Source of the DNA: Octopus bimaculoides
Taxonomy: Eukaryota
Assembly: GCF_001194135.2 (NCBI RefSeq)
Contig: NC_069000.1
Span: 35,918,450-35,969,355 of the forward strand
DNA length: 50,906 nucleotides
Reading direction: 5' to 3'
Positions 43,930 through 50,906 of this stretch are shown here, piece after piece. The notes beneath the pieces were generated by a model, which saw only the letters and a list, made by a program, of their open reading frames with translations, was not told the DNA's origin and ran no database searches. Made by a program: the position numbers and the translations under genes. Positions within the stretch are counted from its first letter, which is position 1. Every line of letters starts with the position of its first letter.

Positions 43930-44486
43930 TAAGGCATTGGGTAAAATCTTCATATGTCTGGGTAAAACAGGAGGATCAGTGAATCATGATTTTATTCAAC
44001 TTAGGTGCAAGTGTGGCTTCTCAACCACATGGTTCCAGGATCAGTCCCACTGTGTGGAACCTTGGGCAAGTGTCTTCTACTATAGCCTTGGGCCGACTAA
44101 AGCCTTGTGAATGGATTTGGTAGACAGAAAACTGAAAGAAGCCTGCCGTGTAGGTGTGTATCTGTGTTTTCCCCCACCACTGCTTGACAACCAGTGGTGG
44201 TGTGTTTACATCCCCATAACTTAGTGGTTCAGCAAAAGGAACTGATAGAATAAGTGCTAGGCTTCAAAAAATAATAAATCATAGGGTCAGTTTGATCAAC
44301 TAAAACCCTTCAAGGCCCCAGTATGCCTGCAGTTAAATGACTGAAACAAGTAAAAGATAAAAGATATTCCCCTCTCAGATTCACACACTTATAGCAGCAG
44401 TCCTTCAGTTTTTCTAAGCCCTGTAAAAGAACAAGGCCTTTTGTGATACCCTTAAAGCCAGAAACTTTTCAGCTCCTTCTTGTGGT
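43930..44486. mobile_element. Mariner-derived MITE split by SINE A
   Basis: ACAGGAGGATCAGTGAATCATGATTTTATTCAAC | SINE | TTCCCCTCTCAGATTCACACACTTAT is contiguous in the 17925-17990 copy; TIR AAAGCCAGAAACTTTTCAGC near 44455. Confidence 0.7.
44002..44366 (+). mobile_element. SINE family A, full length
   Basis: Head, core, tail A ending AAGTAAAAGATAAAAGATA. Confidence 0.85.
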
Positions 44487-44771
44487 AGTGACAGCTGCCT
44501 GCCAACATCCTATTGGATGTACATTGGCCTGAAAACAAAGATGAAAACTGACGTTGCTGCCAAACCACTAACACCATGTGATCTGAGTTGACCAATAGGA
44601 GCCTAACATCTTGAAGTTATCTGGAATTTGACTCATTTCTTGTTACTTGATCTCTGTATGCTTGATGAGCTAAGTTCGTTCTATGAGCCCACAGAACTTT
44701 AAGTTGTATGGAGCTGAGTCAAATCGTTACCAAATAACACACACACACACACATTATTTCTATATATATTA

Positions 44772-44802
<31 letters not shown>

Positions 44803-46344
44803 NNNNNNNNNNNNNNNNNNNNNNNNNNNNNNNNNNNNNNNNNNNNNNNNNNNNNNNNNNNNNNNNNNNNNNNNNNNNNNNNNNNNNNNNNNNNNNNNNN
44901 NNNNNNNNNNNNNNNNNNNNNNNNNNNNNNNNNNNNNNNNNNNNNNNNNNNNNNNNNNNNNNNNNNNNNNNNNNNNNNNNNNNNNNNNNNNNNNNNNNNN
45001 NNNNNNNNNNNNNNNNNNNNNNNNNNNNNNNNNNNNNNNNNNNNNNNNNNNNNNNNNNNNNNNNNNNNNNNNNNNNNNNNNNNNNNNNNNNNNNNNNNNN
45101 NNNNNNNNNNNNNNNNNNNNNNNNNNNNNNNNNNNNNNNNNNNNNNNNNNNNNNNNNNNNNNNNNNNNNNNNNNNNNNNNNNNNNNNNNNNNNNNNNNNN
45201 NNNNNNNNNNNNNNNNNNNNNNCCTACAAATCATTATATTTGATTTAATGTCATCATTCTTCTTCATCATTGTTCATCATAATCAGTTTTATATCAGTTT
45301 CTCTAAGCTGATACGGATTACACAGCCCAGTTAATACATCAACCTTGACATATTTCCATCTTTATACTGTTTTCTATCTCAATACTATATACGCTATATA
45401 ATTTTTTTTTTTTTTTTAGAATAATGCTCTGCTGTATCTATGGAAACAGTCTTTCATAATAAAATGAGATTATAATTTTCTTTTTCCACGTGCTTTTACG
45501 AATATATCTTTTTTTATTATGATTTTGCTGATATTTTTGTGAAACACTTATTTTGAGAGTCTATCAAATAATCATTTTTTTTTTTTACCTATTTTCTTGT
45601 TCTCTACTTCTTATTCATAGTCACATCATGCTGTATCTATTGATAATTAATTTCATTTCATTAAAATTCAAATATTTAAATGTACCATTTCTTAATGCTC
45701 TTTGTTATATATTTTTCATTCTTCTTCTAACCTTTTTGTTGTAGTTTTGCTTATTGTTTTCTATATAGTCTTCATTTTCCTATGTCGTATCAATTTTGGT
45801 AAATTTACTTTGGTAAATTCATTTTGGCATATTGTTAGTTTTTGAATACTTCTGGGTTTTTTCCTTACTTTTCCCTATTTTTTTTTTTTTTGTATGCATG
45901 GGTTTCTTTTCAAATTTATTTTTATCCTTATGCTTTTAAATGTTGCTACGTAAATCTGTGTTTAGTCTTGTCTAGCCTTGGCAGTTTCCTCCATTGAACG
46001 AGCCATGACTTCTTAGAAGCCTCCTTCATATTACAATCTATTGTCTTAAAATAAAAACAGAAATCAAACCTAAAAAAATCAGACAAGGTAGTCATGGCAA
46101 GAGTGTCTTTCACCCTTTGGGCCTCTCAGTCAGGGGTGAGGGAGCTGGTCTTGGGTTAGATAATAGCAACAATGTAAATTAATGATTAGCAACTTCTGGT
46201 AGAAGGGCATGAGATTTAAAGATAATACATGGTTTCAGGTTCAGTCCCACTGCATAGCACTTTGGATGAGTATCCCAGATTGAGCAATGCTTTGTGAGTG
46301 CCCAGGTTTAGCAATGCTTTGTAAGTGAATTTGGTACAGAATCA

Positions 46345-46590
46345 TGAGGTAGTGAGTTCAATTCCCAGGCCAAGCTGTGTGTTGTGCTCTTGAGCAAGAC
46401 ACTTTATTTCATGTTACTCCAGTTAACTCAGCTGTAGAAACTTAGTAGTTTGGCAAAAGAGACCAATAGAATAAGTATCAGACTTAAAAATAACCACTGG
46501 GGTTGATTTATTCAACTAAACCCTTCAAGGTAGTACCCCGACATGGCTGCTGTCTAATGACTAAAACAGGTAAAATGTAAAAGAAAAGCT
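46345..46590 (+). mobile_element. Chimeric SINE: D head + A tail (preceded by a partial A head at 46225-46340)
   Basis: GAGTTCAATTCCC...TTGAGCAAGACACTTTATTTC...CTCCAGTTAACTCAGCTG joined to AACTTAGTAGTTTGGCAAAAGAGACCAATAGAATAAG. Confidence 0.75.
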
Positions 46591-46644
46591 AAGAATATGG
46601 GAACAAAAAGCATCTTTCTTTTAGATGTTTTATGATCAACTTAC

Positions 46645-46827
46645 AGGCATAGGTGTGGCTGTGTGGTAAGATGCTTGCTTCCCAATCACATGGTTCTGAG
46701 TTCAGTCCCACTGTGTGGCACCTTGGGCAAGTGCCTTTTACTATAGTCCTGGGCCAGCCAAAGCCTTGAGAGTGGATTTGGTAGACGAGAAACTGAAAGA
46801 AACCCATCATGTTTATATAAGTATATA

Positions 46828-46863
<36 letters not shown>

Positions 46864-47062
46864 TGTCCCCCACCACTGCTTGACAACTGGTGTTGGTGTG
46901 TTTACATTTACTTAACTTAGCAGTTTGGCAAAAGGGACCGATAGAATAAGTATTAGGCTTAAAAGGAAAAAAGCCCCAGGTTCGATTTGTTTGACTAAAA
47001 CTCTTCGAGGCAGTCCCCCAGCATGGCCACAGTCAAATGACTGAAACTAGTAAAAGGTAAAA
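46645..47062 (+). mobile_element. SINE family A, full length
   Basis: Head, core, (GT)n, tail A. Confidence 0.88.
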
Positions 47063-47271
47063 GCAGACAAGAAAGTGGCTAGTGACTGTGCCATGTGCCA
47101 TAGGTGGCTTGGCACAATGTAGCTAGAAAAAGGTGAGTCTTACAAATGAGATGAGGTGCTACAGCTTTCAAGATGTATTGAAAGGTTTATTGCAGGAACT
47201 TCCAACTGATACTGAACCATGATGATAATTTGGTTTTATGATTTGAGATTTGTTTTTTCTCTCTCTCTCTA

Positions 47272-47289
<18 letters not shown>

Positions 47290-47305
<16 letters not shown>

Positions 47306-47504
47306 GTTCCAGTCATTAGGCTGTGACCATGCTGGGGCACTGCCTTGAAGGGTCTTAATCAAACAAACCAATTTCTGTACTTATATTTATTTGTTTCTCT
47401 TTTTTTATTCTATCAATCTCTGTAGCTGAACTGCTAAGTTACAGAGATGTGAACAAACCGAAATTGGTTGTTAAGCTGTGTGAGGGTGAGAAGGACATAC
47501 ACCA

Positions 47505-47539
<35 letters not shown>

Positions 47540-47690
47540 GAGCTTCCATGCAGTTTCCCTCTGCCAAATTGACTCACAAGGCATATGTTGGCCCAGGGTT
47601 ATAGTAGAAGACGCTTGCCTGAGGTACTGTGCACTGGAAGTAAACCCAGAACCACATGGCTACAAAGCAAGCTTCTTAACTACACAGCCA
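47290..47690 (-). mobile_element. SINE family A, diverged
   Basis: Tail A, (CA)n, core and head on the minus strand. Confidence 0.8.
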
Positions 47691-48481
47691 TCCATTCTCA
47701 CAAAACATGTTACCTTTATGAAAGGAACACTTGTTTCCACAGGTAAATCAAAATAGATTTGACTTGCTGTGTGTAAAAAAAAAACAAAAATGAAATGAAA
47801 NNNNNNNNNNAAAAAAAAAAAAAAAAAAGCCCACAAGATGTTCAGTAATTCAGTAATATGCACTTAACATTATCTGTCCAATTTTATAATAGACCTGGCA
47901 AGTTTACCAAATTGAACTAATCTTACTCAGTTACCTGGAATAGCTTTCTTTGCTCGTTATCCCCGTAGCAGTCTTGTTTTCCTTTATAACCCAATCAAAA
48001 TAGCTCTTTAATTGTTTCAGTGCTACTTTCCATTACTCGATTATAAGCACCAGTTTCACATCTCTCTCTCTTACGAAATTAGCAGCATTACTTAATTATT
48101 TTAATAGAACAGATTACGTGTACATTTGATACATCAACATTTTAACTGTGCAAAGTGCTACTGTTTAACATTGTTATGTTTTTCCTTTTTGGCTTTTGTC
48201 TTTGGCTAATAGGGATTATTTTGTTCTCAGTCGTTTGTTTTATTTAAAAAAAAATTTTTTTACATTGCTAAATCTCTGGTATATGTTGCTAGCTGCTTTT
48301 TTTTTTTTTTAAACTTTTCGTTTTAGTATCAAGAATTCTCTCTTCGTTCTATTGTAACAGTTTAATTTGTACTAAGTTGATAGTAATGTGTTTCTTTTTT
48401 TTGGTTTTGTTTTGTTTTTAATTCTTTAAGACTTGATGTAAATCTTGCATCTTATCCCATGAATATCACCTAGTCTAGTAA

Positions 48482-48546
48482 ATTACTACTACTACTACTA
48501 CCATCATCACCATCAATACTACAACTACTACTACTAATACCATCAC

Positions 48547-48582
<36 letters not shown>

Positions 48583-48588
48583 CACCAT

Positions 48589-48626
<38 letters not shown>

Positions 48627-48873
48627 TCAATACTACAACCACCACTATCAATACTACTGCTACTGCTGCTACCACCATCAATAATACTACTACTACTACT
48701 ACTACCACCACCACCATCACTACTACTACTACTACTACTACTATCAATACTACTACCACCACTATCAATACTACTGCTGCTGCTGCTACCACCATCACTA
48801 CTACTACTACTACTACCACCACCACCACCATCAATACTACTACTATTACTACTACTACTACTACCACCACCAA

Positions 48874-48914
<41 letters not shown>

Positions 48915-48990
48915 TTACTACTACTACTACTACTACTACTCCACCTACTACTACTACTACCACCATCAATACTACTACCACCACTACCGT
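48482..48990. repeat. Compound (ACT)/(ACC)/(ATC)/(GCT) trinucleotide array
   Basis: Directly visible; recurring ATCAATACT landmarks. Confidence 0.95.
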
Positions 48991-49429
48991 GCTTTGTTTC
49001 ATTACTTTCTTTTGGAAAAGTGCAACATATATCAGTGTCAGTGATAAATACTAAACTGACACAGAGGAGCTTGAAGAATCATTAATCCTGCTAATCAATG
49101 TTATTAGATTTTTTCCGCTGAGATAGATGTAATCTGGCTATGACCTTTATACACTTTGCCCCGAATAGTATTATATGAATGCAGCAGAAACATTTTGTGG
49201 GGGAAAAGTAGTTTCAGAATAGAAAATTTCTGTGATTCCCTGAAACAGTTTCAATTCAGTTCTAAATTTTGAATCTAATCAGAGGTAAGGGGTTTTCATA
49301 TCAATCAAATATACATTGTAATCTATCATATTTGTAATTCTTATATGTTTATTAAATTGGAAGGTATTCTGGTGTACAGGGTATAGTCTCATCGTATTTT
49401 TATCAATTGTTGCTGTTGTTTTTGTTGTT

Positions 49430-50162
49430 GGTTGTGTGGTAAGTAGCTTGCTTACCAACCACATGGTTCCGGGTTCAGTCCCACTGCATGGCACCTTGGG
49501 CAAGTGTCTTCTACTATAGCCTCAGGCCAACCAAAGCCTTGTGAGTGGATTTGGTAGACAGAAACCGAAAGAAGCCCGTTGTATATATGCATATATATNN
49601 NNNNNNNNNNNNNNNNNNNNNNNNNNNNNNNNNNNNNNNNNNNNNNNNNNNNNNNNNNNNNNNNNNNNNNNNNNNNNNNNNNNNNNNNNNNNNNNNNNNN
49701 NNNNNNNNNNNNNNNNNNNNNNNNNNNNNNNNNNNNNNNNNNNNNNNNNNNNNNNNNNNNNNNNNNNNNNNNNNNNNNNNNNNNNNNNNNNNNNNNNNNN
49801 NNNNNNNNNNNNNNNNNNNNNNNNNNNNNNNNNNNNNNNNNNNNNNNNNNNNNNNNNNNNNNNNNNNNNNNNNNNNNNNNNNNNNNNNNNNNNNNNNNNN
49901 NNNNNNNNNNNNNNNNNNNNNNNNNNNNNNNNNNNNNNNNNNNNNNNNNNCAATCATATATATATATGTATGTGTGTTTGTGTGTCCCCCCCACCATCGC
50001 TTGACAACTGATGCTGGTGTGCTTACGTCCCCGTAACTTAGCGGTTCGGCAAAAAGAGACTGATAGAATAAGTACTAGGCTTACAAAGAATAAGTCCTGG
50101 AGGCGATTTGCTCGACTAAAGGCGGTGCTCCAGCATGGCCGCAGTCAAATGACTGAAACAAG
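49430..50162 (+). mobile_element. SINE family A, young, with internal gap
   Basis: Consensus head and tail separated by (TA)n and N-gap 49599-49950. Confidence 0.88.
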
Positions 50163-50257
50163 AGTCATCTTGCAGCATTATTCTTAGATGCAAAGAGACT
50201 TAAGTGCTGAACTACTAATCCAATAGATGCGTATTAGCTAAAACCATTGCACAGCCT

Positions 50258-50500
50258 ATCATCATCATCATTTACTATCCACATTTAAATGCTTGCATGG
50301 ATCTGACAGAATTTGTTGGAACAGATTTTCCAACGGCCTGACACCCTTCCTGTTGCTAACCCTTACCTGTTTCCTAATAAGGTAATAGTTCCCGTTAATC
50401 ACTTGTGTTTTCACAGAATATCGGAAATGAAGGACACTGCTTGTATGAGGATGACACTCGTTTACAACTATCACATGATGTCAAGGTGAGGAAACATTAA
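50258..50500 (-). mobile_element. RTE-type tail (as in 42600-42830)
   Basis: CATCATCAT...CCACATTTAAATGCTTGCATGG...CCCTTCCTGTTGCTAACCCTTACCTGTTTCC. Confidence 0.8.
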
Positions 50501-50827
50501 TACATACACACACATACACATACATCATATACATGTGTATATATATGGAATACAGCACTTTGGTCTAAACCACTTTAGTCTAAGACACTTTGGTCTAAAA
50601 GCATTTTCGTCTAAAGACAAAAAGGATTATTAAAATATAGTTATTCAGATCTTTTACATTTTTTTTTTTTTAGATTCTATAGACAAAATAGTTATTAAAC
50701 CAAAGTGAGTTTACACAAACATGTTTATGTCACATGTTTATAAAACATGTGACATATTAATAAAAATCTGTAAATGTACAACCATCTAGATATCTGAGTA
50801 TCTTATTATTTTTTCTAATGTATATAT

Positions 50828-50862
<35 letters not shown>

Positions 50863-50906
50863 ATATTAGGGACAAAATCCAAAATTACAGGTAAAAACTC
50901 AATTAA

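Noticed and set aside
48475-49002. 175-aa poly-Val ORF (-)
   Set aside because: Microsatellite translation.

Overview
AT-rich, microsatellite-laden, gapped eukaryotic scaffold. The repeat families match what I recall from Octopus (coleoid cephalopod) DNA; this is an inference, not a search result. I can support no intact host gene, rRNA, tRNA gene or CRISPR array, and almost every ORF in the track is a repeat-derived or N-gap artefact. The window is dominated by transposons. Family labels A, B, C, D, G are my own. (1) About 25 copies or half-copies of tRNA-headed SINE 'A' with an internal (TA/TG)n tract, plus SINE families 'B', 'C' and 'D', with evident head/tail module swapping. (2) Decayed non-LTR retrotransposons: two RTE lineages (one with a PHD-like finger inside the RT region), CR1, R4/Dong-like and HERO-like, plus Penelope-like and Gypsy fragments. 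(3) DNA-transposon derivatives: mariner, maT/DD37D, hAT, piggyBac-like, pogo-like and several MITEs. The most interesting items are a TA-flanked MITE whose interior amplifies as an 85-bp tandem array and appears to hold a Penelope-like RT fragment, the modular SINE chimeras, the RTE PHD-like insert, a 102-bp-arm hairpin, and a few weak minus-strand exon candidates. I see no strong evidence for a new protein-coding system. Boundaries of diverged repeats are approximate.
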